This document shows positions 27,278 to 36,598 of a DNA stretch of 64,000 bases, one piece after another (the first letter of the stretch is position 1; the number at the start of each line of letters is the position of its first letter). Origin of the DNA: Candidatus Latescibacterota bacterium (lineage in GTDB: Bacteria > Latescibacterota > UBA2968 > UBA8231). The notes beneath the pieces are model-generated. The model searched no databases. It saw nothing but the letters and a program-made list of their open reading frames with translations, and was not told where the DNA came from. The stretch is taken from positions 384,001-448,000 of the forward strand of contig CBDETK010000013.1 of NCBI GenBank assembly GCA_965242865.1, written 5' to 3'. The translations under genes were made by a program, and so were the position numbers.

Positions 27278-27618
27278 CCTTGGCCGGATTAAGGCCCCCG
27301 CCCCACTCGACAAACACCCCAAAGCCTGACGCCCGGTCGCCGCCGATGAACACCCAATCGTCCGCGCCATCGGCATTCAAGTCGCGCACCACTACTGGCG
27401 ACCGCCACCTCAGAGGACGACCACGCGCCGTTCTCTACATCCCAGACCTCTAACGTGCTGCCCGCAAACGTGGTCTTTCCGACAAATAGCTCGACCGCGC
27501 CGTCGCCATCCCAATCGGCCAAGTCCCGCAGAAAGCGATCCGGGAGTTCCGCGAGCACCTCGATTTGGAGTTCCGGCCCCACCGACCAAACCGCGGTCGC
27601 TAATTCACTCGTTCTAGC
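27278..27618 (-). pseudogene. Internally deleted remnant of a ninth FG-GAP paralog ('GAKHF' subtype)
   Basis: Two non-contiguous fragments (RTSELATAVWSVGPELQIEV...SSEVAVA and VVVRDLNADGADDWVF...GLNPAK) nearly identical to paralogs 3/6; no start and no C-terminal domain. Confidence 0.85.
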
Positions 27619-27801
27619 GAGCCTGCCTCGTGCTCGACACGGGGACATTGGGGGTGGTCGATAGCTATGGCATTGGCCGCCGTAGGGCTGGCCCTCGGCA
27701 CGTTCAGAGTGCTTCTTAGGTAGGGGATGCTTCGTTTGCGCTCCACAAGACAAGGTAAATGCCAATCGCGGAAAAAGACAATAGCTGAGGAGGAGTACAC
27801 G

Positions 27802-29619
27802 ATGTACGAGCAATTAGCGGTACACTACGAAGGGCCGACGGAATTCGTCGCCACGGATCAGCAGCCCAAGCCCTTGCGGCTGTTCGTCACTTGTCCGGCG
27901 GGCTTGGAAGCAGGAGCGGATGTGCGCGTTTCGATCAGCACGTTCCATTCTCATTCTCGCCAGTGGACGCTGGCCGATCCCTTTGTCGAGGGCGGCGACG
28001 GCGTGGTGGTGCTCGGGCACGGGCTGCCCCGCGACTGGACCGATATGACGCGCGGTGGCGACGGCCCGGCCGGCGGCGGATTGGTGGGCCGGCCAATCAA
28101 CGAGCTCTACTTGTGTACCATCCAAGTCACCCAGTCGCTGAGCGCGGGAGCGCGACTAGTCTTTCCCTTGGGCGTGGTGCCGTCGCCACACGCGGATATA
28201 AGCGGCGCCCTGCAAGTGCGGGTGCGGCGACCCAAAGCCGAGGTTTTTGAGAAGGTGGGAGACCCCATTCCGCTGCACAATGCCCCCGGCCCGCTGACGC
28301 GGCTGGAAGGGCGCGTCTCTGCTACGGCGGATGCGGAGGGAAAGCACCGGGTCGTAGTGTTCGCGACGGACGATCATCTCAATCCAATACCTTCCTACCG
28401 AGGGACGGTGGCGGTGCAGGCCGATGGCGCGGTCGCCGGGCTGCCCGATGCGGTAGCCATCGGGGCCGATGGGCGCGGCGTGGTCGAGGGCGTTGACGTG
28501 CAGGCCGACCGTCCAGTCCGCATCACCGTGCGCGATGTAGAACGCGGTTTAGCCGCCCAGAGCGGCCCGACGCAAGCGGCCTGCGAGCGCGGCCACTATT
28601 TCGGCGGCATCCACTTCCACACGCGGCTTTCCGTAGATGGCGACCGGGAGCCGTGCGCCGCGTATGCCTATGCCCGCGACGTGCTCAACCTCGACGTGGT
28701 TGCGATGACGGATCACGCGCCGATTGGCCCCGGATGGGCCGAATGCTTGGCGGTCAATGAGGAGTTTTACCAGCCGGGCCGCTTTGTGACGATCCCCGCA
28801 TGGGAAAGCTCCAATGCCTACGGGCACGCCAACCTCTACCTGCGTACGCCCGAAGTTGACGGCGGCACTTGGCACTGGAAACCAGAGCGGTGCCCGTCGG
28901 AAGTGGTTTGGGCCGAGGACGTGGTCATGGTGCCGCACCATCCCAACTGCGGCCAACCCATTGAATACGGCCAGCACCGCGCGGTCATGGGCAAGACGTT
29001 TTACTGGTCGCAATACCACTGGGAGTTTCCCAACGAGCGCGCTCGGTTGGTGGAAATCGTCCAAGGGCGGAGCAATTTTGAAGCCGACGCGCTCGACGAG
29101 TACTGGGGCATTCGCATGGGCGGGTTGGGGGCTTCGGTGCAGGATGCCTTTGCCCAAGGCTGGCGCTTGGGGTTTGTCGCCGGAACCGACAACCACCAAG
29201 GACATCCGACGCAAAAGCCGGGGGCCTATGTGGGGATGACCTGTTTCCGGGCGACGGAATTGACCCGCGAGGCCGTGTGGCAGGCCATGGACGAGCGGCG
29301 GACCTATGCGACATCGGGCGTGCCCATCGTCTGCGACTACGCGGTCAACGGCATCCGCTCGGGCGCGGAGGGCGCGTGGGCCGCGGGCGATCCCGTGCAT
29401 TTCTCGGCCCGCCTGCACGGCACCGCGCCGATTGAGCGGGTGGAGATCGTGGCCAACGGGCAGTGCGTCTGGCAGGACGCGCCCAACGCTTGGGATGTGG
29501 AAATCGACGGAGCCGAGTTGCCCGCACCGACCGGCGAATGGGCCTATTACTACCTGCGGCTGCGGCAACGGGATGGGCACCGGGCGTGGCTAAGCCCGGT
29601 GTGGCTGGACCGGGCATGA
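27802..29619 (+). CDS. PHP-fold metallohydrolase (DUF3604 / CehA-McbA-like)
   Basis: GGAGGAG RBS; motifs HFHT..S.DG, TDH, GTDNH; C-terminal YYYLRLRQ.DGHRAWLSPVW. Confidence 0.75.
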   Translation: MYEQLAVHYEGPTEFVATDQQPKPLRLFVTCPAGLEAGADVRVSISTFHSHSRQWTLADPFVEGGDGVVVLGHGLPRDWTDMTRGGDGPAGGGLVGRPINELYLCTIQVTQSLSAGARLVFPLGVVPSPHADISGALQVRVRRPKAEVFEKVGDPIPLHNAPGPLTRLEGRVSATADAEGKHRVVVFATDDHLNPIPSYRGTVAVQADGAVAGLPDAVAIGADGRGVVEGVDVQADRPVRITVRDVERGLAAQSGPTQAACERGHYFGGIHFHTRLSVDGDREPCAAYAYARDVLNLDVVAMTDHAPIGPGWAECLAVNEEFYQPGRFVTIPAWESSNAYGHANLYLRTPEVDGGTWHWKPERCPSEVVWAEDVVMVPHHPNCGQPIEYGQHRAVMGKTFYWSQYHWEFPNERARLVEIVQGRSNFEADALDEYWGIRMGGLGASVQDAFAQGWRLGFVAGTDNHQGHPTQKPGAYVGMTCFRATELTREAVWQAMDERRTYATSGVPIVCDYAVNGIRSGAEGAWAAGDPVHFSARLHGTAPIERVEIVANGQCVWQDAPNAWDVEIDGAELPAPTGEWAYYYLRLRQRDGHRAWLSPVWLDRA

Positions 29620-29828
29620 ACGGAACGAGACGGGCCGACATAGAGCGCGGAAGCCGCGTTGCCATCGTGCAAAAGCAGGACCAGCGCACAGGGCGGCTGA
29701 CCGAGGGCGTGGTACAGACTATTCTAACCCGGTCCGCGACGCACCCGCACGGAATTAAGGTCCGCTTGGCGACCGGCGAAATAGGCCGGGTCAAACGGGT
29801 GGGACAGCTAGCAGGAATCAGCCCGTAG
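29616..29828 (+). CDS. YwbE family (DUF2196) protein
   Basis: V.IVQKQDQRTG.LTEG.V..ILT.S.THPHGIKVRL..G.IGRV signature; ATGA overlap with the upstream stop. Confidence 0.85.
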   Translation: MNGTRRADIERGSRVAIVQKQDQRTGRLTEGVVQTILTRSATHPHGIKVRLATGEIGRVKRVGQLAGISP

Positions 29829-29877
29829 CGCGGCAGCCCCCGTGCTGCCGCACAGGATAGGTCAACCGGCTGGACAG

Positions 29878-31776
29878 CTAGAAATAATAGAACGAATAAA
29901 CCAACGACGCCCCCCCCACGCCGACGCAGGCCCCCACGATAAACCCCAAAAAGAGCGGCCGCACCTTCCGATAGAGCAGGACCCCTCCGTAGCCAATCAA
30001 GATCGACTTGACGAGCCAAGCGAGGAACATCCCAAACCAGTCACCGCGCACGGTATTGGTCAGGGCCACGGCCAGCCCCACCGGATGCAGGGGCCAGCCG
30101 GCGAGGCGGTGCTGGGCAAAGGAAAGCAGCCCGGCGAGTCCCGCGCCGATGCCGGTGAACAGGGTGGTCAGGTGTTGGGGCGGGTGCGGGTTGTTGACCG
30201 TTTTGGCGACCCAGCCCCACTTGCTCAGGGGCGAGGCAATGTAGTACCAGCGGAAGCCGTGCATCATGCCGTGCTGATAGCCCAGCCAGATATAGACCGC
30301 AACCGTGGTGACCGCGCTGACCACGAGGGCCGAGGCGAGAAAAAACAGCAACTTGCGGGCGCTGATCTTTTCCTTGACCTCCTCGCAGACCTTGAGCGCG
30401 TGGGCCATCGTGCCCATGAAGAACAATTGCACGTCGGCGGCCCACACCATGTTGAGGCCCATGGCCGTCAGGCCCTTCGCGCCAAAATAGGCCGTGCCGA
30501 ACACATTGGTAAAAAGCGGCGGAATCGAATGGGGGGCGCGCAGCCGCCCCAAGCCGGTTTGCACTAGCAAGCGCGCCGTGCCCAAAAAGACTAAGAGCGC
30601 GACCAGCAGAAAGGCCACGCTCCAGCCGAGGGAGAGGCCGGTGGCGTGGAGGAAAAACGCCATGTAGCCCAAGCCGACGACGCCCAGCAGGGCCGAGGTG
30701 CGCGGCGCGGGCAGGTGGGCGTCCAAGCCTTTTGTGCCGCGGACGATGGCGCGCCACTGGGCTTTGAGGAAGTCGCGCGACATCCACAGCGACGAGACGA
30801 GCAGGAAGAGGAGCGCGCCCATCTGCTGGTGCGACATCAGCACCGAGACCTGCTGGTGCGGCTGGGCCGGGAGGTTGACGGCCACCCCGAAAAAGCCCAA
30901 CAGGCCGTGTTCGAGATAGACGAGCAGGTGAAAGAGCCAGACGCTCAAGAGCACGTGGAGGTTGAGCAGATAGCCGAGGCCGACGACGAGGAAGTTGACG
31001 TTGAGCGAGTAGGAAATGCCGAGGCGGCGCAAAAAGATGCGCGTGGAGGGGATGCCGAAGTTGTGGATGGTTTCAAAGTCGAACACTTGGTCGAGCATGT
31101 TGACGGTTGGGATGAGCGAGGCGATAAAAAACCCGGCCCAAAACAGGGGACTCGTAAAGAGGCTTTTGGCGGGGTTTTCCACGCTTTCGACCAGCGCTGT
31201 CGGCACGGCGGCCAAGGGATAGACCAAGCGCTCGCCGTGTGCCCATTGGTGGTGCAGCAGGGCGACGAGCGAAAAGCTCACTAAGAAGAAGGCGACCATG
31301 AAAAGGCCCCAGAACACACAAGGGCCGACCCAAGCCTCCCACGGCAGCGGCGTCCCTGCGGGAGCGCCCTCGAAAAGGTGGCGAATCATCGTCAGGTCGT
31401 GCGGGGCGGCCCAGTCCGGGATGTGGTCCCAGAGCAGTTCGCGCCAGTTGTTTTCCGGGGTGGCGTAGTAGAAGACGCCGGCGAGCAAGGGGATAAAATA
31501 GCCGCCAAAGCCCATAGTCGGCAGGACGGTGGCCACCATCAGCGCGGCGTAGATCAGGGCAAACGTCGAAGTCGGCAGCCGCAGGAAGGGGCGCAGCAGC
31601 GCGAGCAGCAAGGCGGTAAGCGCGACCCAGAACAGGGCGAAGATGACGCCGACCGTGTTGAAGTGATCGGCGTAGCCCGAATAGTGGTCGAGCAATAGGT
31701 AGCTCCGCACCCCGATGAAGTTGTGGGCGACGCACAGCGCCATGGCCAGCGTCCATTCGAGGGCCGAGCGGATCAT
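29878..31776 (-). CDS. Polytopic membrane protein, DUF6785 / putative peptide-transporter-like
   Basis: Many hydrophobic helices; motifs YYATPENNW, QW...ERLVYPL, WPLHPVG, PLFLGFIVG. Confidence 0.65.
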   Translation of the reverse strand: MIRSALEWTLAMALCVAHNFIGVRSYLLLDHYSGYADHFNTVGVIFALFWVALTALLLALLRPFLRLPTSTFALIYAALMVATVLPTMGFGGYFIPLLAGVFYYATPENNWRELLWDHIPDWAAPHDLTMIRHLFEGAPAGTPLPWEAWVGPCVFWGLFMVAFFLVSFSLVALLHHQWAHGERLVYPLAAVPTALVESVENPAKSLFTSPLFWAGFFIASLIPTVNMLDQVFDFETIHNFGIPSTRIFLRRLGISYSLNVNFLVVGLGYLLNLHVLLSVWLFHLLVYLEHGLLGFFGVAVNLPAQPHQQVSVLMSHQQMGALLFLLVSSLWMSRDFLKAQWRAIVRGTKGLDAHLPAPRTSALLGVVGLGYMAFFLHATGLSLGWSVAFLLVALLVFLGTARLLVQTGLGRLRAPHSIPPLFTNVFGTAYFGAKGLTAMGLNMVWAADVQLFFMGTMAHALKVCEEVKEKISARKLLFFLASALVVSAVTTVAVYIWLGYQHGMMHGFRWYYIASPLSKWGWVAKTVNNPHPPQHLTTLFTGIGAGLAGLLSFAQHRLAGWPLHPVGLAVALTNTVRGDWFGMFLAWLVKSILIGYGGVLLYRKVRPLFLGFIVGACVGVGGASLVYSFYYF

Positions 31777-31924
31777 TTGCAGGCGACGAGGGATGTAGCA
31801 CGGGGCATGGATTGGCGTCCTCTAGCGGTCCGGCCCTTGACGAAGCGGCGCGGCATGGCAAGATAGAGTATAGGGAGGGGCCGCGACAAGACCGCGCTCG
31901 CGGCAAACGATCAATGAGGATCCC

Positions 31925-32830
31925 ATGAGCGAAGTACTAATCCAGTTCCGCAGGCACAAGGGGCTGTTGCTGCTGGTCGCGCCGGGACTGGCCTTTTTCC
32001 TGGTCTTTCACTACCTGCCCATGTTCGGGCTGGTGCTGGCCTTTAAGGAGTTTCGCCTGAGTGCGGGCATCTTGGGCAGCGAGTGGAGCGGGTTGGAGAA
32101 TTTCTCGCGCCTCTTTGGCGGGGCGGACTTTCCCAATGCCCTGCGCAACACGGTCGTCATCAGCTTCTTGCGCTTGCTCTTTGGCTTCTTCGCGCCGATC
32201 GCGCTGGCACTGATGCTCAACGAGGTCCGCGTCTCTTGGTACAAGCGCACCGTGCAGACGGTGACGTACATCCCCTACTTCCTCTCGTGGGTCATCTTGG
32301 GCGGCATTTTCCTGATGATTTTCTCGCAGAGCGGGCCGGTCAACCAGCTAGCCCAGCTCTTCGGGGTCTCGGCCATTGAGTTCCTCACCGACGACTTTTG
32401 GTTTATCGCAGTGGTCATCGCCACCGGAATCTGGCAGGCGGCCGGGTACGGGGCGGTGATTTACTTGGCCGCGCTGGCCGGGATTTCTCCCGACTTGTAC
32501 GAGACCGCCGTCGTCGATGGGGCCGGGCGCTGGAAGCAGACCTTGCACATCACCATTCCGGGGCTGGTGCCGACGATTATCACGCTTTTCATCCTCAATC
32601 TCGGGCACGTGCTCAACGCGGGCTTTGACCAGATTTACAACATGTACAATCCCATGGTGTACGACGCGGCCGACATTATCGACACGTACGTCCTGCGGCG
32701 GATCGTGCTAATGGACTTTGGGCTGGCCACCGGGGCCGGGCTTTTCAAGTCCGTGGTCGGCTTGGTGATGGTGGTGTTGGCCAACTCGCTGGCTCGCCGG
32801 CTCAGCCGAGGGGAGCAGGGAATATGGTAA
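31925..32830 (+). CDS. Carbohydrate ABC transporter permease (LplB-like)
   Basis: YLAALAGISPDLYETAVVDGAGRWKQ EAA-type loop; TM helices. Confidence 0.9.
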   Translation: MSEVLIQFRRHKGLLLLVAPGLAFFLVFHYLPMFGLVLAFKEFRLSAGILGSEWSGLENFSRLFGGADFPNALRNTVVISFLRLLFGFFAPIALALMLNEVRVSWYKRTVQTVTYIPYFLSWVILGGIFLMIFSQSGPVNQLAQLFGVSAIEFLTDDFWFIAVVIATGIWQAAGYGAVIYLAALAGISPDLYETAVVDGAGRWKQTLHITIPGLVPTIITLFILNLGHVLNAGFDQIYNMYNPMVYDAADIIDTYVLRRIVLMDFGLATGAGLFKSVVGLVMVVLANSLARRLSRGEQGIW

Positions 32831-33702
32831 GCCGCACCCGAGGCGAGAAGGTGTTCAACGTCGTCAACCTGACGCTGTTGGGCTTGGTCGGGCTGATGGC
32901 GCTCTATCCCTTTGCGTACACGCTCTCGATGTCGTTGAGCAGCGCGGCCGAGGCCATGCGCGCCAGCCTGCACCTGTACCCGCGGGAGATTTCCCTGACC
33001 TCGTACCGCATGGTGCTGTCCAACCCCGAGATCGTCGCCGGGTTTACCAACTCCATCCTGCGCACGGTCTTGGGCACGGCCCTGACCCTCTTTTTCACGT
33101 GCCTGACGGCCTACCCGCTGGCGCGGCGCGAAATGCCCCACCGCAGTGCCCTGCTGTTCTTGGTGCTCTTCACCATGCTCTTCAGCGGCGGCATCGTACC
33201 CAGCTACTTGCTGGTTAAGAACTTGGGCCTGATGGACTCAATCTGGGCCCTGGTGCTGCCGCAGATGCTGACGGCCTTTAACATCATCGTGGTCAAGAAC
33301 TTTTTTCAAGCCATTCCCGAAAGCCTCGCCGAGTCCGCCAAGATCGACGGGGCCAGCGAGTTTAACATCCTCTTTCGGATTTACGTGCCCCTGTCCAAGC
33401 CGGTGCTGGCGACGATTGGGCTGTGGACGGCGGTGGCGCACTGGAACCACTGGTTCGACGCCATGCTCTACATTGCGTCGGACGAGAATCAGGTCTTGCA
33501 GACCTTTTTACAGCGGATCGTCATCGAAAACAGCGTCGAGCTCATTGAGCAGGGGTTGGTCGATCCGAACATCACCGAGTTCACGCCCGAGACGATCAAG
33601 GCGGCGACCGTGATCGTCACCATCTTGCCGATGCTGTTGGTCTATCCGTTTGTGCAGAAGTACTTCGTGCGCGGGATCATGCTGGGGAGCGTCAAGGAGT
33701 AA
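32824..33702 (+). CDS. Carbohydrate ABC transporter permease (LplC-like)
   Basis: IPESLAESAKIDGASE EAA loop; YPFVQKYFVRG...GSVKE end. Confidence 0.9.
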   Translation: MVSRTRGEKVFNVVNLTLLGLVGLMALYPFAYTLSMSLSSAAEAMRASLHLYPREISLTSYRMVLSNPEIVAGFTNSILRTVLGTALTLFFTCLTAYPLARREMPHRSALLFLVLFTMLFSGGIVPSYLLVKNLGLMDSIWALVLPQMLTAFNIIVVKNFFQAIPESLAESAKIDGASEFNILFRIYVPLSKPVLATIGLWTAVAHWNHWFDAMLYIASDENQVLQTFLQRIVIENSVELIEQGLVDPNITEFTPETIKAATVIVTILPMLLVYPFVQKYFVRGIMLGSVKE

Positions 33703-33715
33703 ACGCGCCCGGGCT

Positions 33716-34543
33716 TCACATCTGAAAGCCGCCGGCCACCACCAGCGACGCCCCGGTGATGTAATCGGCTTCGCCCGAAGCGAGAAAGGCCACGGCGCGC
33801 GCCACGTCTTCGGGGGTGCCGACGCGGCCCCAAGGCGTTTGCGCTTCGAGGTCGTGGACGAGGGCGGCCGTAGCGGCCGCGTCTGGCTCGGTGCGCTCGG
33901 CGAGGCCGGCGGCAATGTAGTGGGTGCGCTCGGTGAGCGTGTTGCCCGGGCAGACCGCGTTGACATTGATGCGGTGGGGAGCCAGCTCGCCGGCGAGGGA
34001 TTGGGTAAAGCCGATGATCGCGAATTTGGACGCGCAGTACGCGGCGTACCGCGGCAATCCTTGGCGACCGGCCGTTGAGGCCATGTTGATGATCTTGCCG
34101 CCGTCGCCGCGGTCAATTAGGTGCCGGGCTACGGCCCGCGCGCAGAGAAAGGTGCCCTTGACGTTGACGCTTTGCACTTGGTCCCAAGCAGCTTCGCTCA
34201 GCTCGACGACCGGGACGCGGTCCGGCCCGGGGCGCGAGCCAGCGTTGTTGACCAACAGGTCGATGCGGCCAAAACGGGCGAGCGCGTCTTGCACCAGGCC
34301 CTCGACTTGGGCGGCGTCGGCCACGTCGGCCTCCACCGCGAGGGCCTGCCGGCCGACAGCTTCGACTTCGGCGACGAGGGCTGGCAGGCCGCCCCAGCCC
34401 GCCGCGCCATAGGGCCGAGCGCGCAAGTCATTGACTACGAGGTCGCACCCTTCGCGCGCTAGACGCTGGCAGATGGCGCGGCCAATGCCGTGTTCGCCGC
34501 CAGTGCCGGTGACCAGGGCGACTTTGCCGTTGAGATTGTACAT
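33716..34543 (-). CDS. SDR family oxidoreductase
   Basis: TG...GIG, NNAG, YCASK catalytic motif, VNAVCPG. Confidence 0.92.
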   Translation of the reverse strand: MYNLNGKVALVTGTGGEHGIGRAICQRLAREGCDLVVNDLRARPYGAAGWGGLPALVAEVEAVGRQALAVEADVADAAQVEGLVQDALARFGRIDLLVNNAGSRPGPDRVPVVELSEAAWDQVQSVNVKGTFLCARAVARHLIDRGDGGKIINMASTAGRQGLPRYAAYCASKFAIIGFTQSLAGELAPHRINVNAVCPGNTLTERTHYIAAGLAERTEPDAAATAALVHDLEAQTPWGRVGTPEDVARAVAFLASGEADYITGASLVVAGGFQM

Positions 34544-34692
34544 GAGATGGTCCTAAACACGACGAGCAAAGGAACAAAAAAGGGGTCGTTTTTGCCTTCG
34601 GCTCGCTTAAAAAACCGGTACACAATTTCTACTTGTTTTTTGTCATCCCGGACGAGAAAGCGAACGAGCACATTGGTGTCTAATGCTTTCAC
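34459..34692 (-). pseudogene. Truncated PIN-domain (VapC-like) toxin
   Basis: [14 protein letters not shown] start; similarity ends after ~45 aa and the ORF runs out of frame into the SDR gene. Confidence 0.7.
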
Positions 34693-34943
34693 TTAAAACG
34701 GACCTTCATTTTTTGCTTAATTGCAGACTTCATTTGGTGAACCGAAACAGGCTTGCGGCCCGCTTTATATAACTTCCCGAAAATTTCATCTACTTTTACT
34801 TTTTTGGCCGTAGGTTTTAGAAGTGCTTCACCATTTTCTGTGAGCATAAAATCGACTGTATCGCCTTCGCGGAGCTGTAGCGCATCGCGCACGGTTTTGG
34901 GAATTGTGATTTGCCCTTTGCTCGTTAGCGTTGCTGTTGCCAT
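34689..34943 (-). CDS. AbrB/MazE/SpoVT-family antitoxin
   Basis: [24 protein letters not shown] signature; overlaps the PIN gene start. Confidence 0.9.
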   Translation of the reverse strand: MATATLTSKGQITIPKTVRDALQLREGDTVDFMLTENGEALLKPTAKKVKVDEIFGKLYKAGRKPVSVHQMKSAIKQKMKVRFK

Positions 34944-34968
34944 GCCGTGCTCCTGTTATTGAAGGTTG

Positions 34969-34990
34969 TTCCTTACTTAAGAGTAAGGAA
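34969..34990. promoter_or_regulatory. Palindromic operator upstream of the antitoxin gene
   Basis: TTCCTTACT-TAAG-AGTAAGGAA perfect 9-bp dyad. Confidence 0.65.
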
Positions 34991-35074
34991 AACGATCTTT
35001 GAGCGCGAATGCCCCTTAGGGCCTCGACCCGCGTCTTGAGGTGGATTCTCGGCGAGAAGAATCGTAGGGACCGT

Positions 35075-36598
35075 TCACTGCTGCGCGGCGGGCGGGCGGA
35101 ATTTTGCGATGGCTTGGGCGGCTGCGGCCGAGTCTCCGGCCTGCCGGTACGCGAGCACGAGCCCGCGCTGGGCCGCTGGCCGATCGGGAGCTTGGACTAG
35201 TGCCTGTTCGTATCGCTGGGCGGCCGCGTGGGCATCGCCTTGCTGCAACTCGAGATTCCCCAGCGCAATGAGGATGTCCGCCAAATGCTCGGACCACTCC
35301 AGAGCCTGGTTGTACGCCTCGCGGCTTAGGTCAATGTAGCCGCCGGTGGCGTAGGCCGTGCCCAAGTTGTACCAAGCCAAGCCATAGTCTGGCCTGAGAT
35401 TCAGAGCTTGGCGGTACGCGGCGATCGCTTCGCCGGAGCGGCCCAAGCGGATGTGGGCATTGCCGAGGTTTTGCCACGCTCGGGCGTTGTCTGGCTGGAG
35501 GGCCAAGCCGGCGCGCAGGTGTCTTACGGCCCCCGCGTCGTGCCCGAGGCGGGCGTAGAGGCGGGCGAGGTCAAAGTGTGCGCTGGGATTGCGGCCCGGC
35601 TGGGCCAGTGCCCGCAGCTGCTCAATCTGGGCCACGTGTGGCTCGATGCGCCGCTGGGCCGCGTCCTGCGCTTCGGCGTCTCGGCTGCGCCCCAGATGGC
35701 GGTACGCGGAAGCCAATTGCAATCGGACCGCGGGATGCACCGGGTCGAGCGCGAGGGCCCGCTCAAGAGCAGTGGCCGCCTCAACGTACTGCTCCAGCTT
35801 GGCTCGGGACACGCCGAGGCCAATGTGGGCCTCCACCGCAAAGGGGTCGAGATGGACGGCGGTCGAAAACGCCTGTAGGGCCGGGCGGCCCCGTCCCACC
35901 TGTAGGAGGGCGCGGCCGGTCGCCACCTCGTAGCGGACGCTGTCCGGGGCCAAGGCGACCGCGCGTTGGAGGAGTGCCAAACCTTCTGCACAACGCCCTA
36001 GCCGCTCGCACTGGAGAACACCCAATGCAAAGCTGGCCTCGTGAGATGCGGGATCCAATTCCACCGCCCGCTCCAGCGAAATCTGCGCGGCCGCTACATC
36101 CCCTCGCGCCCCTTGCACCGCGCCCATCAACTCGTGCAGCGTAGGGCGGGCCGGTTCCAGCGCGATCGCTTCGGCGAGTGCGAGTTGGGCGTTCTCAAGT
36201 TGCCCGAGCCCGAGCCACGCCCCTGCTAGCCGCTCCAATGTCTCGGCATCGCGCTTGGCCGCGACGGCTCGCTGCGCTAGGGCGAGTGCTGTCGCGTGGT
36301 CGCGGACCCGGGCCATAACCTCGCTAAGCCCCAGCAGTGCTCCCACGTGCAGACTGTCTGACCGGAGAATCCGCTCGAACTGGTCCATGGACCGATCGGT
36401 GTGTCCCAAGTCGAGCAGCACGTGGGCCAGCGCCAGCCGCGTCTCGCGATCGGCGGGCCGCTCGCGCAGTTGTTTTTCGTAGGTTAGCTGCAACCGCCCC
36501 AACTCGTCGGCCGTGGGCGGCGTGGCCGCCTTATCGCACCCCACGAGCACCGCGATCAGGATGAGGCCCCGCGCAGACGCGCTCACAGCGGCGTCCAT
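35075..36598 (-). CDS. TPR-repeat protein, probable lipoprotein
   Basis: LVGC lipobox-like motif; many TPR units (AWQNLGNA, AWYNLGTA). Confidence 0.85.
   Translation of the reverse strand: MDAAVSASARGLILIAVLVGCDKAATPPTADELGRLQLTYEKQLRERPADRETRLALAHVLLDLGHTDRSMDQFERILRSDSLHVGALLGLSEVMARVRDHATALALAQRAVAAKRDAETLERLAGAWLGLGQLENAQLALAEAIALEPARPTLHELMGAVQGARGDVAAAQISLERAVELDPASHEASFALGVLQCERLGRCAEGLALLQRAVALAPDSVRYEVATGRALLQVGRGRPALQAFSTAVHLDPFAVEAHIGLGVSRAKLEQYVEAATALERALALDPVHPAVRLQLASAYRHLGRSRDAEAQDAAQRRIEPHVAQIEQLRALAQPGRNPSAHFDLARLYARLGHDAGAVRHLRAGLALQPDNARAWQNLGNAHIRLGRSGEAIAAYRQALNLRPDYGLAWYNLGTAYATGGYIDLSREAYNQALEWSEHLADILIALGNLELQQGDAHAAAQRYEQALVQAPDRPAAQRGLVLAYRQAGDSAAAAQAIAKFRPPAAQQ

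Noticed and set aside
986-27618. Diversity-generating retroelement or integron as the source of variation
   Set aside because: No reverse transcriptase or integrase; variation includes indels and is not adenine-specific; no attC-like sites recognised
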